Source: Vicugna vicugna (Eukaryota). Taken from it: 64,000 nucleotides of DNA. The stretch lies in assembly GCA_013265495.1 (NCBI GenBank), contig MU057801.1, positions 434,001 through 498,000 of the forward strand. The letters run 5' to 3'. Under the pieces are notes generated by a model. It was given only the letters and a program-made list of their open reading frames with translations, searched no databases and had not been told where the DNA came from. Made by a program: the position numbers and the translations under genes. Positions within the stretch are counted from its first letter, which is position 1. Each line of letters begins with the position of its first letter. This document shows positions 37,513-50,650 of this stretch, in pieces.

Positions 37513-39300
37513 TTCATTCATTCATTCCATAAACATTTATTAAGCACTTGCTGTGTATTGTGTTCTGCAGACACAGTTGCGAATAAGACTGAGAAAAGCC
37601 AGCCCTTCTGGGTTTTATATTCAAGAGGAGGAAGGCAGGCCACAAACAAGCCAATAAATGCGGAAATAAGACTATTTCAGTTGGTGAGAAGGGCTGTGAA
37701 ACAAATTCAATACGGAAACGTGACCAGGCAGCCCTGGTGGGCAGGAATTGAGGGGGTGGGGCAGACACCGAGCTGGTCCTGGGCACAGAGACACAGCCAG
37801 GCCTGCGAGACCTCAGGGGTGAGGGGTCCAGCCAGAGGGAACACTGTGGGCAGAGACCCTCAGATGGGAGAAGTCTTGATTCATCTAGGGAACAAAAGCT
37901 GGAGCGGAGTGAACGAAGGTCGGGGGCTGCGCCCTGTAGACGTCTGCAGGCAGAGGTGTGGGTGGCGATGCTGGTGTCCACGAAGGAGGCGCGGTGACTG
38001 GCAAATTCGTGCGTTGAACTTGGCCTCTGTGGCCGCGGAAGTTGGATGGGGGGCTGTTAGGGAGCTCCTGCCTTTCTCCCAGATGAGAGATGGTGGGTTA
38101 GACTAGAAGGCTACGGGGTGAGGTGATCAGATTTGAGGTGTGTTTTAGCGGCAGAGTGTGCAAATCTTGCTCTAAGCTTGAGCGAAGTATCCAAGTGCTC
38201 ACGTGACTCTTAAGCTTCCCCAGACAGAACTCATGACCGTCCACCACTGTAGTGGGCGCTGCTGGCGTCCACCCCTCCTCCCCCTTAGTGGTCGAGTGCC
38301 CCCATCCCTCTGCTATGTGAATGTTGACCTGTAACTCACAGCTGCCCCCTGGAGGTAACGAGGGGGGAGCCACCTGGCCCGGGAGCTCAGACTGCCTGGT
38401 CCCAAGGAGCCCACGGCCGGTGATGGGCACAGACTCAGAGCCCCGCGTCCAGGTCCAGCCGGCCCTGTGATGCAGTCCATGCTCCAGAGCCCCCACCCCC
38501 GGGCCCAGGCTGAGGCCAGATGCCAGTTCAGAGCTGTTCTTGCTCTCCTGGAGAGAAGGGCCAAGAGCACCCCAACGTTGTGGTGTCCAGCAGACGATGT
38601 GGCCCGAAAAGGAGACACAGTGTGGGGTTTCCCAGAATCTGAGAGAAGGACGTGTTTCCAGGGTGAAGCAGTGGCCAGCGGTGTCGGACACCACGGAGGG
38701 GCTGTGTGGAGGACCAAGAGTGGTGGCTGGATTTGGCTTTTGATGAGAGCTGCTTCAGAGGAGGTGGAAATAGCTCGAGAGAGAGCTTATGACCCGAGGA
38801 ACTGAAGATGCTGCAAAGAGTCAAAGTTTGAGAAGTTCCTTGTGAGGCGGGAGGCAGAGCAGGGGGACACTCTGCAGGCGGGAAGCGGAGTCAGCAGTGG
38901 GCTTGGGAAGGAGGAGAGGAGCTCAGTCTTTTCCATCGGCAAATAAAAGACACAGGAGAGAGAGAACAGTGGCAGAGCCGGGACCCCTTCCTATCGGAAC
39001 AGCCGCAGGGGCAGGGTCACGGGAGAAAACAAGGTCTGGGGGCGAGAAAGAAGACCAGGCCCCTGTTTCCTCAGTACAGCATGAGGCCAGGTCATCCGCT
39101 GAGAGCAGGGAAAAGCAGAAAGGGCTGTGGGATGTTTGCGGGGAGAGAAAAAGTCATCTCATAGAGCAGCAAAGCGGATCCACTGGGGCGATGTCTGGCG
39201 TGCACGTTAGGGGGCGTGACTGTGAGGGCAGGCGGGGTGGGGGGGTGGGGGGTTCTCCATCTATACCTGCTTCTCGAGGGCAGGAGAGAAGCAGGTGGAT
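37513..39300 (-). mobile_element. LINE-2 (3' end at the left), degenerate
   Basis: attcattcattcattc..aaacatttattaagcacttgctgtg is the L2 3' end in reverse complement, followed by purine-rich L2 body remnants. Confidence 0.65.
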
Positions 39301-39858
39301 GGCTGGGCTGAGTGGAGGGGAAGCGGGGGAGGGAGAAATCCTGGAGCTTCATCTCCGAGGAGCAGCTGAGGGTGTAGGCCACTGTCCGCGCCTTTTCCAT
39401 CTCAGCCTCCTGGGTCCATTCCGAGAAAGTGCAAAATGGCCCCAGGAGCCAGCCTCCGGCAGCGAGGCCATGATAAACGGGGCTCACGGAATACGGCGGT
39501 GATCGCCGCCTCGTCTGTCCCCCGCGCGCCTGGCCCCCTCCTGCAGCAAGGGCACGGGCTAACTGCGCTCTCCCGCCTGGGCCCCCGGCCTGCACCTGGC
39601 GGGGATCAGCTGTTCGCTCCTGGATCTCATCCTGCACCCCCACCCCACCCACCAGCCCCCGTGACGCACTGGTGTTTCCCTGGCTTTCTCCTAAATCCCC
39701 TCCGCATCTCTTTCTGCCCACTGTTCCCTCCAGGCCCTCATCAGCTCAATCTGGGCTGCCGTCCGGTTGGATGTTAACGGCTTAGCTTTCTGCAGGCGCT
39801 TCAGCTTCCACCTCACGTTAGAAACGGACTACGGATTTGTCACTGCTCCCTGCCCCCC

Positions 39859-39874
39859 NNNNNNNNNNNNNNNN
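39859..39874. other. Assembly gap (16 N)
   Basis: Run of N after a C-tract. Confidence 1.
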
Positions 39875-39879
39875 GTCCA

Positions 39880-40500
39880 CCTCCCCATCCTGGATTCTGC
39901 TCCCCACAGTCTCAGAAGCCAGGACCCGGGAGATGTGCAGCCCCCCTCCCAGGCTCCGGCCTCCAGCCGCCCTCAGAGGATGCTGCCCTGCACCTCCCAC
40001 CCCCTCAGTCCCTCTCTCCACTTTGCAGCTGCGTTTGGCGGTCCCTTCACCGCTGGCCTCGTCCCAGTCCAGTTAGCTGTTTGGAAACATAAACATGACG
40101 ATCGCCTCACTCCTTAGTTTACAACCTTCCGTGGCCGCGTGTCACTGAAGGTATAAAAGTCCACACCTTGCAGACAAACACTGGCCCCCAGCCCCCCGCC
40201 GCGCCTGCCGGAGGCTGGCACAGTTCCCGAGGCCCCATGCCTCCGCCTGCCCCCGGGCCGTCTCCTCCCGGCCTGTCCCCTGCGGACACCGACGTCTGCC
40301 CTGGGCCGGGGTCATCTCCTCCCCGTGGGCCCTCGACGGGGCTCATCCTTGCTGTGACGGCACCTGTCGCCCGCACGGGACTTACTTTTACTTGTCCCTG
40401 TCGCTCCCTGTCAGGCAGCCCTGGGGCTAGGGCTCTGGAGGCTGGCTTCTTTGTCTTTGCGTTTGGAGTATTTTTCATGGTAGGCAGTCAGCCAGTGCTT
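39880..40500 (+). mobile_element. LINE-2 fragment, GC-shifted
   Basis: aaacataaacatgacgatcgcctcactcc..aaccttccgtggc..ataaaagtccacacctt resembles the L2 3' region. Confidence 0.5.
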
Positions 40501-40524
40501 GCTTTTCTATCTTTTTATCTAAAC

Positions 40525-40830
40525 CAGTGCTGTCCAGGGGAAGCAGAGTGTGAGACTCAGACGCCACTTTAACTTTGTGAGTAGTCACTTTATTAAAAGC
40601 ATAGAAAGAAAAAGGTGAAATTAATTTTAACTATATTTTCACTGAGCTCAGTCTATCCAAGCTATTGTCTTTTCGACATTTAATCAATGGCACAAATATT
40701 AATGAGATAGTTTACGTTCTTTCTTTTTTTGTAGTAAATCTTCAAAATCTAGTATGTGCCACACATCTCAGCGCAGACGAGCCACGTTCACGGGCCTGGC
40801 GGCCACGTGTGGCTGGCAGTCCGCAGCCGC
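40525..40830. mobile_element. hAT-Charlie MITE, MER33-like
   Basis: cagtgctgtcca start; aggtgaaattaattttaa, tattaatgagata, cacatctca, gccacgtgtggct. Confidence 0.8.
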
Positions 40831-41219
40831 TGGGCGGGACATCTTGGGTCCTGGCAGGTGCTGTTCTGGGACTCTGTTTTCTCACCTAGAAAACAAGAAG
40901 TTCTCCAAGAACTGTCGTCTAATAATCCTTCTCAGTTCTAAAAAAAAAAAAGAAAAATATTCTGATATTTCATGATGAATCAAAGAGAATGTCCTCTCTC
41001 TCTGAGAGAAGAGTGTCCTTCCACTGGTGACCAGAGAGACTGGCTGCCGCTCTGACTCCCCTGCCTCTGTGCTCTCTGGGCTTGCCCTGTGTCTGAAGCC
41101 CCCAGACGTGTGGTCCAGCCACCAAAACCCCGTGGGCTCAGGTTGGGAAACTTCACTCCACAACCTTTTTTTTTTTACACTAAGAGTAACATGATAAAAA
41201 GATTAAACAATTAGTGGTT

Positions 41220-42240
41220 CCTTTTAACTTTTTATTTCAAAATAACTTCAGACTTCCAAACAGATTGCACAATTAGAGCAGAGAACAGCTCCGTGCCCCT
41301 CGGGCTCCCCGCGCCGGCGTTTCACCGCGCTCGCTGCGTCTCTCTCTCTCTCTGTTCATACGCGCGTGCACAGGCGCACGCACGCACACACACACTCTCT
41401 TCATGGATGGGAAGACGTCCCTTTTCTCCTGATGTCTGAATGTGAACCACAGGCATGATGCCCTCTTAACACACCTGTAAGCAGGTCCTGAGAATAATGA
41501 CGTTCTTGCACAACTGTCCAAATTTAAAAACGACATTAATGCAGCACAGCACAGCTCTGAAACTTCAGTCATGCAAGTTCTTCTGATTTTCCCACTGGCA
41601 TCCTTCTTCTGGTCCCAGGTCCACACCAGATCCCACCCTCCAACTGGCTGTCGTGTCTCCATCGCCGCCTCCCATCTGGGACGGCTCCGCAGCCCTCCTG
41701 TGTGAGCCTCTCCGTGTGAGGTGCACAGGCCAGTTATCTTATGCAACGTCTACTCATCCGGGTTTTTGCGGTGCTTCCTCGTCACGGGCTGTGCCTTCTC
41801 GGCAGGAGCCGCAGGGACGATGCTGCATCCTCTCCGCGCATCGTGTCAGAAGCCACGTGGCGCAGATCTGTCCTTTTGCCGGTGTTGTTAGCCGCCATCA
41901 TTTGCAAAGTGGGGGAGGCAGGGAAATGTGCTATTTCTACCTTCATAATCAGTAGGTGATACTTTCAGACTGTAAATATCCTATTTTTCTTCATCCTTTT
42001 TTTCCCCACTCATCTTCGCATTCATAAACAGTTCTTGCCTGAAACACCCGTTCCTGTGTTGTTTGCCAAAGGGCGATTTTCTTGTTCCATCATTCACTCC
42101 ATGTCCGTCACTTAGGTTCTGACTGCAGGAAGGAGTCGTCCAGCCTCCAGTCGCTCATTTATTCACCGGTCTCATCAGCACGGACTGATGGATTCTCATG
42201 TGTGTGGACGTCTCCATCACCCTCACTATTGTTTTGAGAG
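41220..42240 (-). mobile_element. Old L1MC-type 3' fragment
   Basis: ttttatttcaaaataacttcagactt start; gtaggtgatactttcagactgtaaatatcct, ttcttgcctgaaa, tggattctc. Confidence 0.6.
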
Positions 42241-43999
42241 GGGGAAAAAAGAATTAGGAATATATTAGTTGAATTTTACTACCTGAGTTTTGGAAACTAC
42301 AAACCTTAAAGCATAAAAATGACAAAGAAAGTGAAGGGACCATTTATAATTGGTCATCATCTCTGTAAAAGCTTCAGTAAAAAAAAAAAAAGAAGAAAAA
42401 ATCATATTAATGAGAAAAAATTTGTTATGAAATAGAATCCTTTGAAACAAGTATTACTTACTTATTGTCAGCATCTATCAAACAGGCGGTGTGCATATTT
42501 TGTACCAGTGAATGACATTTCAACTAAGGACCCCTTTACCAGTGACAGAGCAGTTAATTCAGCAAGGCGACTCGCGAGGCAGCAGAGCACCTTGCTTCGT
42601 GTGGTTTGCTCGTTCCTGTGGCCTCGGTGTCACGAAAGGTAATCCCACCCACTTCCTTTGTTCCTCCGAGCTCGGATTTGCAGGGCTTTATGCGTGCATA
42701 TGTACACTTTTTTTTTTCTTTTCCTGCAGCAAATAGGTAGGAAGTGGCCGCGGCGGTGAGCGTGGCGGAGCGGCCTAATGCTGGCCTGTGCTCTCCGCAG
42801 CCTAATTAAAGGAAAATAGTCGTGCTTTCTATGAAGAGAGACGCAGAACGAGATGAGAGGGACACGGGAAGGGGAGCGGAAGCCCTAAGAGCTTTCTTTC
42901 TCTGCAGAATTAAGCGCTAACCTGGTCTCATGCTCTCAGTCCCGAATTTATATGACAAGTCAGTGGCAATAGCTGGACGGCTTCCAGGGCACTAGATTTC
43001 TCGTACAAGGTCATTTAATGCAGCCCCTAATAAATGCAGCCCAGCATCGTGCGACGCAGATGGACTAAAGAGCAGCCGCGTGGAGCTCATCCTGGTCCCC
43101 GGCTCTCACCCCGGGCCCGGCGGGCGGCGAGGGCGGCCAGAGGTCTCGGCAAGCGAAGTCACGACTTAGATGGAAACGTAAAGTTCAACTTAAAATAGAA
43201 ACAAGGTTCTCAGCTATCTAAAAGACAGGCTGAAAAAACAGTAATAATAAAAAATAAAGTAAAAGTCAGGCTGCTTCGTTATAGGTTGTGACACCAGAAA
43301 CAAACATGTTGTAAATCAACTTCAATTTAAAAAAAAAAGATTCAGTTTCTACAAGAAGACTGCTTTGCTTTGGCAAGTCAGTCAGATAAAACACCAGGTA
43401 GGAAGAAAATCCCGCCCAGGTTGGTGTCGGGGGGGTCCCCCGCCCCACCAGTTTCCTCTCTGTCTGTGAACACACCCTCCCCTCGGCAGGGTTAGCCACG
43501 TGGACTGAACTGGCTCACTCTCCAAACAAGCGGAAAGAAGGCGCTCCGCTGAACGCTTCTGATTTAACTGCCAGCAGCTCAGGCCAGATAAGCCATCGGG
43601 ACCGCGGCTTACTTGCCCCCGCACAGCTGTCGAGTGCGTGGCGGAGCCTCACGGAGGCGTGCCGTGAAGCCCGTCCTCCCTCCTGGCCGCCAGCCCTGCC
43701 TGCAGACACCCTGGCACGCAGCAGACGCGGTCCCCGAGGAGAACGACGTTCGGAGTTCTGCCCAAGAAAGACTTTTTTTCGATTAAATGGCAAACAAAAA
43801 GTGTTTATTTTAATAATGTATTTTGTCTCTAACTCACACCAGAAAGGATCTGAGACAGCTTTACACAAACACAGACAGCAGGACAATTGAGAACAGCGAC
43901 AGTAATAATAAGAAAAACGCAAAACACACGCCCCCCCACCCCCCAGGCCAGGCCGGCAGCCAGACCTCTCTCCTGCCGTGTCTCCGCGGATTCTGATAG

Positions 44000-44115
44000 T
44001 AACTCTTGGAGGTAAGGGCCGTCATTAGCCCCATTTTCCAGCTACGAAGACTGAGGCTGGGAGGTTAAAGCAACCTAGCTCAAATTACATACGCTAACAA
44101 GAGGCACAGCCGGAA
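44000..44115 (-). mobile_element. MIR fragment
   Basis: attagccccattttccagctacgaagactgaggct..gaggttaaagcaacct. Confidence 0.65.
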
Positions 44116-45829
44116 GTAAAAGAAAAGGCCCTCAGGACACGGGAAGCCACGGGCAGGCCAGCAACGCCAGGCCAGCAACGCCAGGCCGAGCCCAGGTGGA
44201 GAGACGGCGCCCCCCGCAGCGCGGCTCTCTCTGCAGTGAGCGCGCACACTTGACTTTGGGTTCCCTGGAGGTCAGGGCAAGGAGGGAAACGTTTATCGTG
44301 GCTGGACTTGCAACGTGCCTAAAAGAAACATCATCCATCTTCCAAGATGAAGGGCAGTTTCTCCTGGGCTACGTGTCGGGGATTCAGAAAAACCGATGGT
44401 CGGCAGACAGATCTTTCTGATAGTCGTGCAGAAATGGTATTTCTGAAAACCAGGACTTGGGGGGAGTGGGGCTGGCAGCGCTGCATCCTCAGCACAGTCT
44501 GGGCACCGTCGCTGACTCAGGACACGCGTGCTCTGGGAATCGGCCTTCTTACAGACCCCAGGGGCCCGGGAGAACTTTGTGCTCGAGAGGTAGCAGGGCC
44601 TCTTGGCACCTCAGCTGGGGGCCGGCAGGGGCCGACGGGGGCCTGCCTCCCCAGGCCATTCTGGGTGGGTCCACTCAGGGGAAAACAAGTCACCCCAGCT
44701 CCCAGTGCCTCCCAGACGGCAGCCTTCATACTCCGAGCCGTTCAAGACCGTCTCCCGGCGCCTCTGCAGCCAGGCGCTCCGGCTGTCGGCGGCATGACTG
44801 CTGGGTCCCGGGCACCCCAGGTCGTTGGCCAGACGCCGCCCGCAGAGCCCCTGCTGCCCGGCAGGGAGAGGGAGCTCGATGACGAGCCTTCCAGAGGAGG
44901 GCTGACTTCCACCAGAGGTCAGGGTTTTGCCCGTAGTGCCAGGGCATGGAGGAGGCGTCTTCCCTTAGAGCAGTGAATATCCCTCACCTGGTGAGGCCAG
45001 GTCTAGACTGTGAGTACAACAAAGCCGTGGCCGAACTGCATTCGGAGAAGACCTAGTCTTCTGTTATCCAGACCTTTAGCAGGTGACAGTTACAACTGAT
45101 TGTCAAATAACTAGTTGGTTTTGCTTTCAGAACCATTCATCTTAGCGTTCTAGATCTGCCTTGAAGCAATGAATTAACGTGATAGAGTCTAGCAATCTCA
45201 CGTTGGGCAGGAAATGGTCACATTCGAACTTCCATTTCGGTCTTCAGGGTCTTCTGTCACAGGCTGCGTCTGCTCGTGTAATACGTCGTCTCCCTAAGTG
45301 AACCCCACTCCCCCAGAAACGTGTGATTTAATTTCCCAGCAAACCTCGGGCTAACTGGAAGTGCTTATTTGTTCCTGTTCTTGTTTTAGAAAACTATTGA
45401 AATGCATGAATCCACTTTCTTTTATGGGCCGAATATAATGGCCAGAATGCAGACCTGCAGTGTGAGCACAAGTTGTCCCCTCCTCTTCTCTGCATGTAAG
45501 CCAGCTCAGGCCAGGTGGGGACGTGGGGGACATCGGGGCTCCCCCACAGGCCTGGAAGTGGCTGTCACGTATGGAAAAGATCTTGTGTGTGTGTCGGGGG
45601 AGGTTTCCAGAATGTTTAATTTGGGGACAGGTTTGAATCTGGTGACAGATATGTTCTCGTTCTGGGATCTCCAACTAGCCACACTCTCCCGATTTTCATA
45701 AACTTTAAGAAAAGGTTTTTTTAAGTAGATGCTGTAGAGTCTACTGGGTATCATAGCAGACAACACCGGTTCACTCTTTCCTCTTCAGAATCCCAATTTA
45801 TAGAATGTTACATTGTACCTAAAATAATG

Positions 45830-46135
45830 CCAGTGACTCCCAGAGTGCCCTGCAGCCAAGAAAGCCATGTGACCAACCTTTGGCCAGTAAGATATAACTC
45901 GAAACGCTGGGTGCAACTTGTAGGAATTGTCCCTAAAATAAAGGAGAAGGGCCATCATTATCCCCTTTTCCATCCAAGAACATGTCTCTGATGACTGGAG
46001 CTCAGCAGCCGTTTTGCTCCATGAGGCCAAGGGCCCCATGGTTAGTGCTGTGATCTGTTGTCTATGGAACCCCCATGCCCATCCTGGACACCCTACCTAG
46101 ACTTTGTCTGAGAAAAGTACACCTGTGCCTTTCTT
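45830..46135. mobile_element. MaLR LTR (MLT1I/J-like)
   Basis: gccatgtgaccaacctttggccagtaagatataa, gactggagctcagcagcc, ccatgagg. Confidence 0.6.
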
Positions 46136-46546
46136 TCAAACACCTTTATTATGGTGTGATTCCTATACAATAAAGTACACATATTTCAGGTGTACAATTT
46201 GACGAATTTTGATAGATGTATATACCTATAAAGCTACCACCACAATCAAGACAGCTAACATTTCCATCACTCCCCAAGAGGTGCAATTTTCAAATGCCCA
46301 ATTTGTCCCTTCTCACCCCCTTTCCCCTATGGTAACCAAAAGTTTGTTCTCTATGTCTGTGAGTCTGTTTCTGTTTTGTAGATAAGTTCATTTGTGTCCT
46401 TTTTTTTAAATTCCACATATAAGTGATATAATATGGCATTTTTCTTTCTCTTTCTGGCTAATTTCACTTAGAATGATGATCTCCAGGTCCATCCATGTAG
46501 CTGCAAATGGCATTATTTTATTCTCTTTAAGGCTGAATAGTATTCC

Positions 46547-46548
<2 letters not shown>

Positions 46549-46588
<40 letters not shown>
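46549..46588 (+). repeat. (TG)20 microsatellite inside the L1
   Basis: Perfect TG run read directly from the sequence. Confidence 0.95.
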
Positions 46589-46591
<3 letters not shown>

Positions 46592-49500
46592 TCATGTGTG
46601 TGTATATTCAGTCATCTATCAATGGACATTTGGGTTGTTTCCATGTCTTGGCTATTGTAAATAGTGCTGCTGTGAACATTGGGGTGCATATGTCTTTTTG
46701 AATTATATTTTTCTCTTGATATATACTCAGGAATGGGATTGCTGGATCATATGGCAAGTCTATTTTTAGTTTTTTTAAGGAACCTCCATACTGTCCTCCA
46801 CAGTGGCTGCACCAATTTACATTCCCACCAGCAGTGGAGGAGGGTTCCTGTTTCTCCACACCCTCTCCAGCATTTATCATTTGTGGACTTTTTAAAGATG
46901 GCCATCCTGACTGATGTGAGGTGATGCCTCATTGTAGTTTTGATTTGCATTTCTCTAATAATTAGCAATGTTGAGCATCTTTTCATGTGCCTGTTGACCA
47001 TCTGTATGTCCTCTTTGGAGAGATGTCTATTTAGATCTTCTGACAATTTTTTGATTGGGTTGCTTGGTTTTTTGAAATTAAGGTGTATGAGCTGTTTGTA
47101 TACTTTGGAAATTAGTCCCTCGTCGGTTGCATCATTTGCAAATACTTTCCCCCATTCTGTAGGTTGTCTTTTCATTTGGTGGATGGTGTCCTTAGCTGTG
47201 CAAAAGCTTTTAAGTTTAATTAGATCCCATTTGTTTATTTTTGCTTTAATTTCCATTACTCCAGGAGCTGGTTCAAAAAATATATTGCTGTGATTTATGT
47301 CTAAGAGAGTTCTGCCTATGTTTTCCTTTATGAGTTTTATAGTATCTGGTCTTACCTTTAGGTCTTTAACCCATTTTGAGTTAATTTTTGTATGTGGTGT
47401 TAGAGAATGTTCTCATTTCAGTCTTTTACATGTAGCTGTCCAATTTCCCAGCACCACGTGTTGAAGAGACTGTCTTTTCTCCACTATGTATTCTTGCCTC
47501 CTTTGTCATAGATTAATTGACCATAAGTGCGTAGGCTTATTTCTGGACTTTCTGTCTTGTTCTGTTGTTCTATGTGTGTGTTTTTGTGCTAGTACCACAC
47601 TGTTTTGATTACCATAGCTTTGTACTGCAGTCTGAAGTCAGGGAGCATGATTCCCCCAGCTCCGTTCTCCTTTTTCAAGACTGTTTTGGCTATTTGAGGT
47701 CTTTTGTGTTTCCATACAAATTTTAACAACCTTTGTTCCAGCTCTGTGAAAAATGTCATTGGTAATTTGATAGGAATTGCACTGAACCTGTGTATTGCCT
47801 TGGGCAGTATGGCCATTTTAACAATATTGATTCTTCCAATCCAAGAATGTGGTATATCTTTCCATTTGTTTGTGTCGTCTTCAGTTTTTCTCATCAGTGT
47901 CTTACAGTTTTTGGAGTGCAGGTCTTTTTCCTCCTTACGTAGGTTTATTCCTAGGTATTTTATTAACTTTTTAGTGTGATGATAAATGGGATTGTTTCCT
48001 TAATTTCTTTTTCTGCTGTTTCATTGTTAGTGTATAGAAATGCGACTGATTTCTGTATATTAATTTTGAATCCTGCAACATTACCAAATTCATTGATGAG
48101 CTCTAGTAGTTCTTTAGGGTTCTCTGGTAGCTTCTTTAGGGTTTTCTATGTATAGTGTCATGGCCTCCATGAACAGTGACAGTTTTACTTCTTCTTTTCT
48201 GACTTGGATTCCTTTTATTTCTTTTTATTCTCTGATTGCCACGGCTAGGACTTCCAAAACTATGCTGAATAAAAGTGCCAAGAATGGACATCCTTGTCTT
48301 GTGCCTGATCTTAGAGGAGACGATTTCAGCTTTTCACTGTGAAGTAGGATGCCGGCTGTGGCTTTGTCACCTATGGCCTTTATTATGTTGACATCTGTTT
48401 CCTCTGTGCCCACTTTCTGGAGAGTTTTTATCCTAAATGGATGTTGAATTTCATTGAAAGCTTTTTCTGCATCTATTGAGATGATCATATGGTTTTTATT
48501 CTTTAATTTGTCACTGTGGTGTATCACATTGATTTGCGGAGATTGAAAAATCCTTACACCCCTGGGATAAATCCCACTTGGTCATGGTGTATGATCCTTT
48601 TAATGCATCGTTAAGGTCGATTTGCCAGTATTTTGTCGAGGATTTTTGGATCTATATTCGTAAGTGATATTGGCCTGTAATTTTCTTTTTTTGGTGATAT
48701 CTTTGATTCTGGTATCAAGGTGATGATGGCCTCATAGACGGAGTTTGGAAGTGTTCCTTCCTCTGCAGGCTTTTGGACCAGTTTCAGAAGGACAGGCATG
48801 AACTCTTCTGTGAATGGTTGGTAGGATTCGCCTGTGAAGCCATCTCATCCTGGACTTTTGTTTGCTGGGAGTATTTTAATTACTGATTCAGTTTCAGTGC
48901 CTGTAATTGGTCTGTTCATGTTTTCTTCCTGGGTGCACATATATTCCTTCCTGGTTCAGCCGTGGCAAACTGTCCCTTTCTAGGACATTGTCTGCTTCTT
49001 CTAGGTCGTCCTTCTTGCTGGCGTACACTTGCTCAGAGCGGCCCCTTATGATCCCTGGTATTTCTGTGGTGTCAGCTGTGACGTCTCCTTTTCATTTCTG
49101 ATTTTATTAATCGGGGCCCTCTCCCCGTTTTCTGGACGAGTCTGACTAAAGGTTGACCAGTTTTGTGTATCTTTTCAAAGAACCAGCTTTTCGTTTCATT
49201 TTCCTTTTCTTCTGGTTTTGTGGTCTCTGTTTCATTTGTCTCTGCTCTGCGCTTTGTGATTTTCTCCTACTAGCTTTGGGCTTGGTTCCTTCCTCTTCCT
49301 CCGGCGGCTGTAGGTGTCCGCTTGGCTTGTTCGTTTGCTGTTTCCCTTGTTTCCTGATGTGGGCTTGTGTCGCGACCATAAGCTTCCCTCTGAGAACTGC
49401 TGTTGCTGCGCCCCGGAGGTTTTGGATCATCCTGTTTCCATTTGTCTCAAAGCATCTTTAGATTTTCTCTTTGATTTCTCAGTGACCCATTGGTGGTTTA

Positions 49501-50404
49501 GTAGCACATTGTTTAGCCTCCACGTGTTTGCAGTTTCTGTAGTTTTTTCCTTGTAGTCTAACCTTGTAGTGCTGCGGCCCAAAAAGATGCTTGGTATAAT
49601 TTCAGTTTCTTAAATTTACTGAGGCTTGCCTTGTGAGCCAACATGTGGTTGATTCTGGAGAATGTTCCATGGGCACCTGAGAAGAATGTGTATTCTGTCA
49701 TTTTTGGATGGAATGCTCTATAGAGACCAGTTAAGTCCATCTGGTCCAATGTGTCTTTAGGGCCTGTATTTCCCTATTGATTCTGTCTGGGTGATCTGTC
49801 CATTGATGTAAGTGGGGTGTTACGGTCCCCCACTGTTACTGTGTTATTGTCCATTTCTCCTTTTATGTCTGTTAACAGTCGCCTTATATACTGAGGTGCC
49901 CCTGTGTTTGCAACTGTTGTATCCTCTTCTTGGATTGATCCCTTGAGCATTATGCAGTGTCCTTCTTCGTCCCTTGTAACAGCCTTTACTTTAGAACCTC
50001 TTTTGTCTGATGCAAGCCTTGCTGCTCCAGCTTTCTTTTGGGTTGCTTGCATGGAATATCGTTTTCCATCCCCTCCCTTTCAGCCTGCGTGTGTCTCTAG
50101 CTGAAGTGGGTCTCTTGCAGACAGCATGCGTGTGGGTCTTGTTTTTGTGTCCATTCAGCTGGTCCGTGTCTTTTGGTTGGAGCTTTTAATCCGTCTACAT
50201 TTAAGGTAATTATTGATACATACGTTCTTGTTGCTGTTTTGTTAATTGTTTGGAGCTTGTTTTTAGGTCTTTTCCCCCCTTTCTTCTTTTTGTTCTCTTT
50301 TCTTATGGTCTGATGACTGTACAGCTACATTGGTTTGTGATTGCCATGAGGTTTTGGTATAGAAGTCTATATAGATACATGATTGTTTTAAGTTGCTAAC
50401 CTCT

Positions 50405-50650
50405 ATTTTTTTTCTTTTTTTTTAACATTTTTTATTGAGTTATAGTCATTTTACAGTGTTGTGTCAAATTCCATTGTAGAGCACAATTTTTTAGTTATAC
50501 ATGAACATACATATATTCATTTTTTTTTTTCGCTGTGAGCTGCCACAAGACCTTGTATATATTTCCCTGTGCTACACAGTATAATCCTGTTTATCTATTC
50601 TGCATATGCCTGTCGGTATCTACAAATTCTGAACTCCCAGTCTGTCCCTA
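50405..50650 (-). mobile_element. Young L1 3' end nested in the inter-ORF region of the older L1
   Basis: T-tract followed by ttattgagttatagtcattttacagtgttgtgtcaaattcc, the same family as 18610 and 27900. Confidence 0.85.

Noticed and set aside
39851..39880. Apparent junction between oppositely oriented L2 fragments
   Set aside because: It lies near an assembly gap of Ns, so the local structure cannot be trusted.
44347..44976. 209-aa ORF, and similar long ORFs at 38098-39721, 53445-54098 and 55350-55919
   Set aside because: Their Pro/Gly/Arg/Ala-rich composition is expected from GC-rich non-coding DNA. Overlapping ORFs occur in several frames and there is no splice or homology support.
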